Counted from the stretch's first letter, positions 48,739 through 58,684 are shown. The stretch is 64,000 nt of DNA from Candidatus Nanohaloarchaea archaeon (GCA_041640035.1 JBEQBC010000001.1:192001-256000), one strand, 5' to 3'. The notes: generated by a model not told the origin, from the sequence alone. Numbers and translations are program-made.

Positions 48739-49353
48739 TCAGAGGTTATTCAGGTATCTTTTAAGAACCTCTTTTCCTACATCTAGTTGATGTTTTTCAT
48801 CGAACTTTTCCACGGCTTTAACGTACTCTGATCCTTTATCTACACATCTCTTGATATTGTCCTCTTCTGGTTTCGGTACATAGCTTGCGACTTCTAGGTA
48901 TTTCATGCTTCCCTGACCTATTTTCCTTTCCGATATCATTTGCTTTGTTTTTTCTCGTGCTTCAGGTTCTATCTGTCCGTCCTTTATGTTTTCGCTGAAA
49001 TACTTAGCATCCTCCTCAGGAAAGCCCAGAAACTTTCCTACATTTATATCGGTGTAGCCGCAGAAACGGCCGTTTTGCTTCTCCAGCAACTTCATCCGGT
49101 TTTTCTCATGGGTGATGAATACTGAAGTAGTGCTCAGCCGGGATTCACCTTCTTCAATTCTGTAGTAGAGATTGTAATCTTTGCAGAACTGTTTGATCTT
49201 CTCTATCTCTTTTTCTTCAAGGTTCATTATCAGGCAGGCCGGTCTCTTATCTATGAACATCAGGAAGAGGTCGAGCACATCTCGGTAAGGAAGTTCTTCC
49301 AGAAAGTAACTGAAGTATTCCTGGATTTTGTCTTCCTGTTCTATTTCTGTCAT
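48739..49353 (-). CDS. Hypothetical protein, paralog of 11716..12324
   Basis: VGKFLGFPE and YVPKPEE motifs. Confidence 0.7.
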   Translation of the reverse strand: MTEIEQEDKIQEYFSYFLEELPYRDVLDLFLMFIDKRPACLIMNLEEKEIEKIKQFCKDYNLYYRIEEGESRLSTTSVFITHEKNRMKLLEKQNGRFCGYTDINVGKFLGFPEEDAKYFSENIKDGQIEPEAREKTKQMISERKIGQGSMKYLEVASYVPKPEEDNIKRCVDKGSEYVKAVEKFDEKHQLDVGKEVLKRYLNNL

Positions 49354-49470
49354 ATATCTGATAGGTTTCAGTGAATGGTTAATGCTTTTTCCGTTTAACT
49401 CTCTTTCAGACCTGTTTCTTGGTTTCGATTATCGAAAAATCTATTAACATGTGATGGGGATTTACTGGTT

Positions 49471-49872
49471 ATGGATGAGGTTGATCAGAGGATAATTGAA
49501 ATTCTGGAGGAGGATGCCCGTGCATCTTTTACTGATATTGCTGAAGAGGTTGGTGTCTCTGAAGGCACGGTCAGGAACCGTGTGGAGTCGATGGAAGAAA
49601 ATGATGTTATAGATAAGTATACTGTTGAACTGGGCGCTGGTAGCAGTATATCGGCTTTTATATCTGTGAAGGTTTCTGCTGATAGATCGTTCGATCAGAT
49701 AACTTCCAATTTTCCACAAGAACTCGAAGTGTACGAACTTGCTGGAGATATCGATATACTGATTAAGGTACGGAGAGATTCAGCGGAGCAGGTTAACGAA
49801 CTTGTGGATGAAATCAGAGCTATAGAGGGAGTTAACTCCACTCAGACATACATGGTTCTGGCGGAAAAATAA
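49471..49872 (+). CDS. Lrp/AsnC transcriptional regulator
   Basis: MDEVDQRII...IAEEVGVSEGTVRNRV HTH plus RAM domain. Confidence 0.92.
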   Translation: MDEVDQRIIEILEEDARASFTDIAEEVGVSEGTVRNRVESMEENDVIDKYTVELGAGSSISAFISVKVSADRSFDQITSNFPQELEVYELAGDIDILIKVRRDSAEQVNELVDEIRAIEGVNSTQTYMVLAEK

Positions 49873-49900
49873 ATGTGGAAAAACCGGTAATTTCGGGTGT

Positions 49901-50209
49901 TTAAATTGCTTCTTCGGTTAGTAGATTGTAGAGTTCTTCGCTGCTCTCCGGAAGAGCTTCGTAAGGGTTTTCTGATTCCACATAGGTCTCATGTTCTATG
50001 CCTTCTGGTCCTCTTACCTGTACATGATAGCTCTCATCTCTTTCAGTAACTGTTACATCGTACTCCTCGTCCAGTTCCAGAGTACCGCGTGCTTGATGGT
50101 ACTCTCCGTGGAGAACTCCTTGTAGCCGTTCAAAGCTTACATCATCGACAGTGCTGAGTGCCATTTCTACTCCGAAGTCTGAATTTGAGTTACCTGTTGT
50201 TACGCTCAT
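49901..50209 (-). CDS. Acidic hypothetical protein
   Basis: ORF with genome-typical acidic composition. Confidence 0.5.
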   Translation of the reverse strand: MSVTTGNSNSDFGVEMALSTVDDVSFERLQGVLHGEYHQARGTLELDEEYDVTVTERDESYHVQVRGPEGIEHETYVESENPYEALPESSEELYNLLTEEAI

Positions 50210-50357
50210 TATGGGATCACAGTATAAATAATACGAAAAAACCTTATAAAATTATGATATTCGAAGTAATATTTGTATATCACTTATCTAATTATGTTGA
50301 AAGTTCTTTTTATCGAAAGGAACTTAAAGTATTGCATTAAATTATTGTTTCGTACCA

Positions 50358-50417
50358 ATGACTGGTGACCGTTTTAAGATCGGACACATTTACGCAAACT
50401 ACTCAAAATCTTTCTAA
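50358..50417 (+). CDS. Putative leader peptide MTGDRFKIGHIYANYSKSF upstream of lysS
   Basis: TGDRFK resembles TGGRVL/GGRVP; HIY and terminal F shared with 28062..28127. Confidence 0.5.
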   Translation: MTGDRFKIGHIYANYSKSF

Positions 50418-50447
50418 CAGCCGTAGCTATACCCAAGGTGTTCTTCC

Positions 50448-51887
50448 ATGAGCTCAGAACAGGAAGAACGCGAGGAACTTATCTCCCAACTCCGTGAAAA
50501 CGGTGAAGAACCGTTCCCGCATAACTTCTCCCGAACACATACCGTGGAGGAATTAAACCGCCAGAGAGGAACAGATGAACAGGAACTACCTAGTCAAGAA
50601 TTCAGTACAGCAGGTAGAATCATGGAGATCCGTGACTTCGGAGGAATAGCCTTCCTGGACCTGAGAGGAGAAAGAGAAGAAATACAGATAGTCCTAAGAA
50701 AAGAAGAACACCTTGAAACACTGGAAAACCTTCACAGCGGTGATATAGCAGGAGTTACAGGTGACCTAACCTACACGGATAAAGGAGAGTTCTCACTGGA
50801 GGCTGACGAGCTGGAGCTTTTGACAAAAGCAGTGAAACCTGTTCCTTCAAGCTACTACGGACTTGAAGATCAGGAAACACAGTACCGTCAGCGCTCACTA
50901 CACCTAATCGACAGCATCGACGCACGAGAATCATTCAGAAATCGCAGCAGGATAATCAGCGAAATGCGAAGATTCCTTGAGGAAGATGGTTTTATGGAAG
51001 TAGAAACACCTGTCATCCAACCTGTGTACGGTGGAGCAAACGCAAGGCCTTTCACAACTCATGTGAACGACAAAGACATGGAAGCCTACCTCCGTATAGC
51101 ACCTGAGCTGTACCTGAAAAGACTGATCATCGGCGGTTACGAAAAAGTGTTCGAGATAGGGAAAAACTTCAGGAACGAGTCAATAGATACAACTCACAAC
51201 CCTGAATACACAGCGATGGAGCTCTACCAGGCATACGCCGACTACGAGGATATGATGCAGATAACCGAGGAACTCGTCGAACACATCACAGAAGAAGTTA
51301 CCGGTGATACAGTGATCGAATACCAGGGAGTAGAACTTGATATGTCAGCTCCATGGAAAAGGATGACAATGAGAGAAGCCATCCTCGAGTACGGAGGCTT
51401 CGATGTAGAAAACCTTGGAGACGATGAGATCAGAGATAAAATGATTGAATATGGAGCGGAGCTTGAATCCGAATATGAGCGAGGGCTAGCTATCGCCGAA
51501 CTATTCGAGGAAGTAGCAGAGGAAGAACTTGTTCAGCCCACATTCATAACTGACTATCCCCGTGAAACCACTCCGCTCTGCAAACTTCACAGAGAAAACG
51601 AAGACCTGATCGAACGTTTTGAAGCCTTCGCAGCAGGAATGGAGCTGGCCAACGCCTACACCGAGCTCAGAGATCCTATCCAGCAGGAACAACATTTCAG
51701 AGAGGAACAGCAGAGAGCCGAACAAGGAGATGAAGAAGCCCACGAGATGGATGAAGACTTTGTAGAAGCGCTGCGCCACGGAATGCCTCCTACCGGAGGA
51801 CTCGGAATCGGAGTAGACAGACTCGTCATGCTTCTAACCGACTCAGAGTCAATAAGAGATGTCATCCTCTTCCCCATGATGAAGTAG
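50448..51887 (+). CDS. lysS: Lysyl-tRNA synthetase, class II
   Basis: LRIAPELYLKRL, FRNE, HNPEYT, GMPPTGGLGIGVDR. Confidence 0.96.
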   Translation: MSSEQEEREELISQLRENGEEPFPHNFSRTHTVEELNRQRGTDEQELPSQEFSTAGRIMEIRDFGGIAFLDLRGEREEIQIVLRKEEHLETLENLHSGDIAGVTGDLTYTDKGEFSLEADELELLTKAVKPVPSSYYGLEDQETQYRQRSLHLIDSIDARESFRNRSRIISEMRRFLEEDGFMEVETPVIQPVYGGANARPFTTHVNDKDMEAYLRIAPELYLKRLIIGGYEKVFEIGKNFRNESIDTTHNPEYTAMELYQAYADYEDMMQITEELVEHITEEVTGDTVIEYQGVELDMSAPWKRMTMREAILEYGGFDVENLGDDEIRDKMIEYGAELESEYERGLAIAELFEEVAEEELVQPTFITDYPRETTPLCKLHRENEDLIERFEAFAAGMELANAYTELRDPIQQEQHFREEQQRAEQGDEEAHEMDEDFVEALRHGMPPTGGLGIGVDRLVMLLTDSESIRDVILFPMMK

Positions 51888-52000
51888 AAGACGGAGGTTT
51901 AAGCGAAAATTATCTTTTTCTTTCTCTTCTTATAATGAAATTGAGCAGGGTGAACTGAAGAATCCAGGTAATCAACTATGACTTCATACCTGAGAAAGGA

Positions 52001-52687
52001 ATGCAGAAAGATGAAATGAAGCAAATGCAGAGAAAAATAGCTGAAAAAGCAGTCTTCGCCGACCAGAACGAACTTGAACGACCTGAAGACCTCACTGTCG
52101 TAGGTGTAGATCAGGCGTTTACCGAGGATAGATGTGTAACTGCGGCGGTCGTCATGGAAGATGGGGAAACAGTTGAAGAAGCCTATGCTGATGTTGAACT
52201 GGAGATCCCGTATATTCCTGGTCTTCTAGCCTTCAGAGAAGGTCGATCTATCGTAGAAGCTTTGAAGAAGCTGGAATCGGATATAGATCTGATGATTCTT
52301 GACGGAAGCGGCAGAGTACATTTTAGACAGGCAGGGATAGCTACTCATATAGGAGTAATATTCGATAAACCCTCGATTGGTGTAGCGAAGAATCTTCTCT
52401 GCGGCCAAACAGGTTGGAACGGAGAAAAACTCTCAAAGGATGAGCATAAGCCTATCAAACCGGATTCCAAGTTAGAAAGGGTTGAAGATGAAGTTCTAGG
52501 TTATCTCTACCAGTCCAAGCAGTACAGCGGAGACAGAAAAGTTAATCCACTGTATATAAGTCCCGGTCACAGAATCAGTGCAGATAAATCAGTCGAAATG
52601 GTCGCTAACTATATAGATGGATACAAATTACCTGAGCCGGTAAAAATTGCTGACAGCAAGGTAGCAGAGTTCAAAGATAATCTATGA
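52001..52687 (+). CDS. nfi: Endonuclease V
   Basis: GVD, PYIPGLLAFRE, DGSG, ISPGH, LPEP. Confidence 0.92.
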   Translation: MQKDEMKQMQRKIAEKAVFADQNELERPEDLTVVGVDQAFTEDRCVTAAVVMEDGETVEEAYADVELEIPYIPGLLAFREGRSIVEALKKLESDIDLMILDGSGRVHFRQAGIATHIGVIFDKPSIGVAKNLLCGQTGWNGEKLSKDEHKPIKPDSKLERVEDEVLGYLYQSKQYSGDRKVNPLYISPGHRISADKSVEMVANYIDGYKLPEPVKIADSKVAEFKDNL

Positions 52688-52794
52688 AAGATTTTTCACC
52701 TCGCCCTGAATAACTCCATATAGATAACCTAATGGATGCTCCAATAATCTTTGTTTTTAAAACAATTACAGCCTGATACATGGGTATAGTGACT

Positions 52795-52868
52795 GGGCTC
52801 TTAGTTCAGCTTGGCGGAACGCTTCCTTGGCAGGGAAGAGGCCCCGGGTTCAAATCCCGGAGAGTCCA
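52795..52868 (+). tRNA. tRNA-Ala(GGC)
   Basis: GGGCTCT/AGAGTCC acceptor with G3:U70; CTTCC-TT-GGC-AG-GGAAG anticodon arm. Confidence 0.93.
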
Positions 52869-53053
52869 CTAATCCTCAACTTTCTTGATTAGCTTCGAAC
52901 TGAAAAATGCTGATACAGGCAGGCTCACTGCGAACAGTACAAGTCCTGCAACAAGGTTAGAAAGAAATGTAGAAATTAATAGTATAGTCAGTGATATCAG
53001 GTTGGTTACTACAAGTCCTTTACCTAGCTGAGCTCTTTCTTCCATAGATTCTT

Positions 53054-53494
53054 CTACATTAATGCTTCAGCGATAGAAAGCTTAAGTTTGTTCCAGAATC
53101 CTTCTGCCTCATATTCTATATCTCCATCGTTAAACTCGGTGATAGCTGTTCCAACCGGATTATTCGATTCTGCGATAGTACTTACAGTTTCCTGATCCGT
53201 AGTTATCTCGATTGTGGCGTTCTCATATCCTTCTGCCTGCATCTCGGTTACAACCAGCCCTTCAATCTTTGCGCCCGCGGTAACATCCGTGCCGTCACTG
53301 TTCTCCATGTTCATGTTAACGGTCTGATTGCCTACAAGTCCTGAGAGAAATGGTGGAGCGTTATCTGTCTGATTGTTGATAACTGACTCGTACTGTCCTA
53401 AATCTCCGTTTTGAAGATCTGATACCTGGAAACCTGCTCCAGATCCGACCAGTAGAGCGATAGTAACCGCGAACAATAATCTCTTCATAAACAT
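53054..53494 (-). CDS. Secreted hypothetical protein
   Basis: Signal peptide MKRLLFAVTIALLVG. Confidence 0.6.
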   Translation of the reverse strand: MFMKRLLFAVTIALLVGSGAGFQVSDLQNGDLGQYESVINNQTDNAPPFLSGLVGNQTVNMNMENSDGTDVTAGAKIEGLVVTEMQAEGYENATIEITTDQETVSTIAESNNPVGTAITEFNDGDIEYEAEGFWNKLKLSIAEALM

Positions 53495-53530
53495 ACAGTA
53501 GCTGCCGTTATGATATAAAACTGCTGGTCC

Positions 53531-55255
53531 CTACTTCACGGTCACGCTTTTCGCCAGGTTCCTCGGCTTATCAGGATTGTTATCCAGTTTCAGAGAGGTC
53601 CTGTACGCCAGTAACTGGAACGGTACAACCTTCAATATTTCCGAGTTCTCGTCTTCCGGTATCTGGATATGGAAGTCAGAGAAGTCATGTTCTTCATGGT
53701 CCACAGTTGTCACATTCGCACCTCGAGATTCAGCCTCCTTCGTATTGGAAACAATATCTTCTCTACCTGTATCTCCAATAAAGGATACAACTGCGGTGTC
53801 ATCTTCGACAAGTGAGATGTTTCCGTGTTTGAATTCTCCGCCTGGGAAGCTCTCTGAGTGGATGTATGATAGTTCTTTCAGTTTCAGGTCTGCTTCCTTA
53901 GCTAGATCATAGCTGGTGTATCTTCCGATGAAGTATACATGTTCTTTCTCCTTCAGGAACTTGCTGAGTTCATCAATAGTCTCCTCATTATCCTCAAGAA
54001 CATCCTCTATCATATCCGCGGTGTTCACGAGACTATCTCTACCCTCACGAAGCCGGTCTTCCAGAGTGTATTTGAGAAGTTTCAGTACTGCTACCTGTCC
54101 AGTGAATGCTTTCGTTGATGCTACCCCTATCTCCGGTCCTGCATTTATCAGAAGTGTGTGATCGCTGTCACGGTCAAGTGTTGATCCTTTCACATTCAGG
54201 ATAGAGAGAACAGGAGCTTCTATCTCATTAGTTACTGCAAGTAAATCAGCGGTTTCCCCACTCTGACTTATCGCGATTACAAGGTCATCCTCATCTACTT
54301 CATCTGTTCTGTACTCCATTTCGTGTGCTTGTTCTGCTACTGCGTCTATACCGCATGAGCGCAGGTATTTGGCTCCAAGGTCCGCTGCAAAGCTGGATGT
54401 TCCTGCTGCGGTTAGGTATACTTTTTCTGCTTCTTTAACCATTTCTCTGGCCTCTTCCATGTCGCTTTTGTCCTGGAAGGCAGCTCTCTTGACTGTTTTC
54501 GGTTGTTCAAGTATTTCTTTCTTCATGTAGTGGTTGTATTCTTTCTTTGATGCCTGCTGTGCGTCCCAGTCAATTTCTTTAACTTCTCTCTCGATTTTCT
54601 CGTCGCCATTGTGTATTTCCAACTGGTCTTTTTCTATGTGTGCGATGTCTCCGTCTTCGAGAAATACTGCTTTTTCTGTGTGTTCTAGGAATGGTGTTAC
54701 ATCTGATGCGACAAAATGTTCTTCTTCGCCTTTTCCGATTACGAGAGGTGAACCTTCCTTGAATGCGATAAGCTCGTCTTCCTCTGTAACTACGGCTACA
54801 GCGTATGATCCTTCAAGTCTTTCGACCGTGTTTTTGACGGCCTGAAGTGTTGTCTCTGTGTATCTTCTTTCCTCTTCTATTAGTTTGGGTATTACTTCGG
54901 TGTCGGTTTCTGATTCGAATAGGTGTTCGCCGATTTCCTGTTTTAGTTCTTCGTAGTTATTGATTATTCCGTTGTGTACTACGGCTATGTCTTCTTCTGT
55001 GGATGTGTGTGGATGTGCGTTGGTGTCGTTGACTCCTCCGTGTGTTGCCCATCTTGTGTGTCCGATGCTTGTGTCTCCTGGTTTTTCTTTCGTTGATACT
55101 TCTTCGATGGTGCCTTCTCCTTTGCTTACATGGACCTGTTGGTCTACTGTGGCGATTCCTGCTGAGTCGTATCCTCGGTATTCAAGTTTCTTCAATCCTT
55201 TGTAAACTACTCTAGAGGCTTTCTTATCTCCTCGGTATCCTACGATTCCGCACAT
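53531..55255 (-). CDS. glmS: Glutamine-fructose-6-phosphate aminotransferase
   Basis: MCGIVG, EYRGYDSAG, GHTRWATHG, PRNLAKSVTV. Confidence 0.97.
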   Translation of the reverse strand: MCGIVGYRGDKKASRVVYKGLKKLEYRGYDSAGIATVDQQVHVSKGEGTIEEVSTKEKPGDTSIGHTRWATHGGVNDTNAHPHTSTEEDIAVVHNGIINNYEELKQEIGEHLFESETDTEVIPKLIEEERRYTETTLQAVKNTVERLEGSYAVAVVTEEDELIAFKEGSPLVIGKGEEEHFVASDVTPFLEHTEKAVFLEDGDIAHIEKDQLEIHNGDEKIEREVKEIDWDAQQASKKEYNHYMKKEILEQPKTVKRAAFQDKSDMEEAREMVKEAEKVYLTAAGTSSFAADLGAKYLRSCGIDAVAEQAHEMEYRTDEVDEDDLVIAISQSGETADLLAVTNEIEAPVLSILNVKGSTLDRDSDHTLLINAGPEIGVASTKAFTGQVAVLKLLKYTLEDRLREGRDSLVNTADMIEDVLEDNEETIDELSKFLKEKEHVYFIGRYTSYDLAKEADLKLKELSYIHSESFPGGEFKHGNISLVEDDTAVVSFIGDTGREDIVSNTKEAESRGANVTTVDHEEHDFSDFHIQIPEDENSEILKVVPFQLLAYRTSLKLDNNPDKPRNLAKSVTVK

Positions 55256-55425
55256 AACAACTTCAATTCTTGAATGGAACTATTTAAAGGGTTTTGACTA
55301 GTAGAGAAGCCAGTAAAACGGTTTTTTGACAGGAAACAGGTTTTAGACTGAATCCTCCGCTCACTGTTAAAAGGCTTGACCGAAACCAGTAAAAAAGATG
55401 TTGTACCAGTAAAGAATTAATTGGA

Positions 55426-56346
55426 ATGGCTTTGATACTTGAAGAAGATGACGGCGGCTTCCTCAAACTTAAATCAAGAGAAATGACGGACGAAATGATC
55501 AACTCACTCAGAGACCAAACCCGCCGCAACATCCTATCAGAACTCGCAGAAGAACCAGCATACCCGGCAGAGATAGCACGCAAACTGGACATATCCAAAC
55601 AGAAAACATACTACCACATCGAAAACCTTCAGGATGCAGACCTGATAGAAGAAGAACGCAGCGAAAATGTCTCAGGCGGCACGGCCACAATCTACAGATC
55701 AAAGGTAGACGCATTACACCTCAAATTTTCTGAGGGAACTGAATCAGGCTTCAAACCTTTAACCGAAGATATATCACAGTTCCTGAAACCTTTGAACAAG
55801 GAAGATGAAGAACTCTCGATAGTTGTTGGTTCACCTGATGAACACGGACCAGACCGAGTAAGAGCAAGAGACGGACATCTAGCAGGTGAAATCGGTCTCA
55901 GACTTGGAAGCTATCTACAACCCGATTCTGTCAAAGTTGTCCAGGATGTTGAACTGGTAAGAGATGAAGACTTCGATAGAAACATGCTTTTCCTCGGAGG
56001 AGTGCTTACGAATACTGTTAGCAAAAGGTTCAACGAACATTTCCCGGTTAAATTCTCTGGAGAAAGCTTCCCATACCGAGAGATCACCACCCCGGAATCG
56101 ACATTCAGCGAGGAAAACATCGGGGTGATAACTCGGACTGAACATCCCGATAACCCGGATAAATCAGTGTTTATGGTGGCCGGAGTCCGGAATAAAGGTA
56201 CGAAGGCTGCGGTGTATGCTTTCAAAAACCTGGAAACCATTATAGAGGATTACAGGGAAGGTGAGTTCTACGCAGTGGTGCGTGGACTTGACCTTGACGG
56301 GGATGGGGAAGTCGACAGCTTTGAGACCGTGGAAAAATCAACATGA
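55426..56346 (+). CDS. ArsR-type wHTH regulator with C-terminal alpha/beta domain
   Basis: RRNILSEL...YPAEIARKL...YYHIENL. Confidence 0.75.
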   Translation: MALILEEDDGGFLKLKSREMTDEMINSLRDQTRRNILSELAEEPAYPAEIARKLDISKQKTYYHIENLQDADLIEEERSENVSGGTATIYRSKVDALHLKFSEGTESGFKPLTEDISQFLKPLNKEDEELSIVVGSPDEHGPDRVRARDGHLAGEIGLRLGSYLQPDSVKVVQDVELVRDEDFDRNMLFLGGVLTNTVSKRFNEHFPVKFSGESFPYREITTPESTFSEENIGVITRTEHPDNPDKSVFMVAGVRNKGTKAAVYAFKNLETIIEDYREGEFYAVVRGLDLDGDGEVDSFETVEKST

Positions 56347-57551
56347 AAGACTGGAAAGTATTCCAACAGGATGTACTAGATGTACTTAGACAGTACGAAG
56401 GCTACTTCGACTTCTTCGAAAGAGTAGGCAGCCTCAGCGACCGCTCAAGACCCGACTCAGTCGCACGGATCTCCCGTGAAGACAAGAAAGAGATCTGGAT
56501 ACTGGACGCCAAGAACAAGGACGAAGTCGACGAAGAAGACCTTGAACGCATGAACCAGTACATCAAGTCCCTGAAAAGAAAACCATTAGATGTAGGACTT
56601 GAAGAAGCAGAAATATCAAGCTACGAATTCAGACCTGTTTTCGTACTTTCTGATCGCTCACAGGTAGATATGGATGCAGACTTGGTGCCGTTCTCAGCAC
56701 TACACCAGTTCCTACAAAGAGAACTAGTTTATACAGATACTTCAAGAGCTGTACGAGAAATCGCAAAGATGGCAGAAAGAAGACAACTCAGCCACGGACA
56801 GATAAGACTACTAGCTCAAAGCCTGAAACCGTACGAAGACCGTGTGCAGACCGTAGTTGATGACCTGAAGAAACTTGAGACAGATTACTCATCACTTGAG
56901 CTTGAGAAACCCTTCGAAGAAGGAGAAGCTCCTGTTGATGTAGTGGTCCGTCACAAACCGTCAGGACAAAAGTTCTTCTTCGATATTCCTTACTCTAGAG
57001 AAGAGCTTGACCGTATCGATGACAGAGTAGAGGACCTAAAAGAGGTTGTAGATTCTGATGCCTCTGTGTATTACGCGGCTGTCAATACTTTCGAAGAGGT
57101 TGAATCGGATTTCATTATCAGGAAAGAAAAACTGGAGAGAGAAATTAATGAAACGCTGGGAATACTATCTGTGGAGAAAGTAGCTGATGTATTTGAGCCC
57201 AAAGTTAAATGTACTCGGAGCTATGGTGATGGATTTATCGAGATAAAGCCTGTTGATTCCGATGAGATGGTTCTGAAGGTCAATACTGAGGACGACCGCA
57301 GCTTCCGTGTAGAAGCTCTTCTCAGCGATGAGATAATCAGTAGGTTGAAGGAGAGAAAACTGAACTCCGGGAACTCTTTCGGCAGGATTGAGGACAATAG
57401 ATTTATACATGAATTCGAGGTCAATGAAGATCTCAGGATAGAGCATGATTCTGGAGAGGAAACTCTATCATCCTACAAAAGAAATGTCGCCGACTTCTAC
57501 CATTCCGTGATCAGCTCTTTCTTAGGAAAGAAGGTCAAGAAGAAGGTTTAG
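56343..57551 (+). CDS. Putative PD-(D/E)xK restriction-endonuclease-fold protein
   Basis: WKVFQQDV...RPD...ILDAK; ATGA-coupled to the regulator. Confidence 0.45.
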   Translation: MKDWKVFQQDVLDVLRQYEGYFDFFERVGSLSDRSRPDSVARISREDKKEIWILDAKNKDEVDEEDLERMNQYIKSLKRKPLDVGLEEAEISSYEFRPVFVLSDRSQVDMDADLVPFSALHQFLQRELVYTDTSRAVREIAKMAERRQLSHGQIRLLAQSLKPYEDRVQTVVDDLKKLETDYSSLELEKPFEEGEAPVDVVVRHKPSGQKFFFDIPYSREELDRIDDRVEDLKEVVDSDASVYYAAVNTFEEVESDFIIRKEKLEREINETLGILSVEKVADVFEPKVKCTRSYGDGFIEIKPVDSDEMVLKVNTEDDRSFRVEALLSDEIISRLKERKLNSGNSFGRIEDNRFIHEFEVNEDLRIEHDSGEETLSSYKRNVADFYHSVISSFLGKKVKKKV

Positions 57552-58189
57552 TCCTCTTCCTTATACCTGACGAACCGTACTTTCCCGTGTGAATATTCTT
57601 CATCGTTTTCTGAATCGTAAACTCTTATCTCCTGAACTGCTCCGGTTCCGACAGGACCCACAATTCTACCACCTTCGTTCAGATGCTGTTTTGCGTCATC
57701 AAATGTACTCTGTTCTACAGCGCATGAGAATATTATGCGGTCAAAACTGGACTGAACCTTTTCCAGGCCCTCACCGTGCACGATTTCAGTGTTGTCGTAT
57801 TTCTGTAGTTTTTTCCGGCTGTACTCCGCTACCTCTCTATCGATCTCGACTCCGACTACTTCATCCGCAATACGGGAGATTATCGCTGCCTGGTATCCTG
57901 ATCCTGATCCGATCTCCAGAACCCTTTGACCTTGCTCAAGTTCAAGTAGTTCAAGCATCTTCGCTACTACGGTTGGCTGGCTGATCGTGGATTCTTCGGT
58001 TAATGGATATACCTCGTTCATGTACGGGTTTCTTTCATGACTGAGGAATACCTCTCCCTCTCTATGGCTTTGATCTCTGTCAGGTGTGAAGTCACCACGG
58101 TCTACTTGTCGAAAAGCTGATTCCAGTTGATTTGATTTCAATGTTCCTTCATCTCTCAGGTAATCTACCAGTTCATCATTTGTCTCCAT
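57548..58189 (-). CDS. pcm: Protein-L-isoaspartate O-methyltransferase
   Basis: TISQP, VLEIGSGSGY, FDRI, VRFV. Confidence 0.9.
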   Translation of the reverse strand: METNDELVDYLRDEGTLKSNQLESAFRQVDRGDFTPDRDQSHREGEVFLSHERNPYMNEVYPLTEESTISQPTVVAKMLELLELEQGQRVLEIGSGSGYQAAIISRIADEVVGVEIDREVAEYSRKKLQKYDNTEIVHGEGLEKVQSSFDRIIFSCAVEQSTFDDAKQHLNEGGRIVGPVGTGAVQEIRVYDSENDEEYSHGKVRFVRYKEED

Positions 58190-58258
58190 ATACCAGAAAA
58201 TTTTTTGATTCTCTGCGGTTAATAATTATGGTGTGAAGACAGGAGGAGTATCCAGAAG

Positions 58259-58684
58259 TTGAAAGATGAAGACTACAAATCTCTGAAACGCCTGGAGAAA
58301 GAAGTGGAAAAGATAGACAGGGATGTGTATTCGGTGATAGTAGAAGGTTTCAGCGATATGAAAGCGATCAAAGAACTTGGTTTCACCGGCCGGATCTACA
58401 TGTCAGCAGAAAAATCTGTGGAAGATCTATCCGAAGATGTGATAAGAGGTTCCGAATCAGTCGCAATCCTCACAGATTTTGACTCACATGGTAAGGAGCA
58501 GAACCGGAAGATTTCCCAAGTTCTACAGGAAGAAGTTATCGTTGATTTTTCAGCTCGGAAAAGCTTTGGAAAAGAGCTTACATCTCAAGACCGTCACGCA
58601 GTAGAGGATGTAATACCTCTGTTCAGTTCTTGGCGAGATAAGTTTACGGAAGCTACTTTAGACCGGCTTTTTCCCGGAGAATAA
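58259..58684 (+). CDS. Small TOPRIM-domain protein
   Basis: IVEG..D, ILTDFDSHG. Confidence 0.85.
   Translation: MKDEDYKSLKRLEKEVEKIDRDVYSVIVEGFSDMKAIKELGFTGRIYMSAEKSVEDLSEDVIRGSESVAILTDFDSHGKEQNRKISQVLQEEVIVDFSARKSFGKELTSQDRHAVEDVIPLFSSWRDKFTEATLDRLFPGE

Noticed and set aside
52869-53053. TACAAGTCCT repeated twice downstream of tRNA-Ala; possible sRNA or att site
   Set aside because: Only 10 nt, no convincing C/D boxes, no tRNA 3' duplication or integrase.
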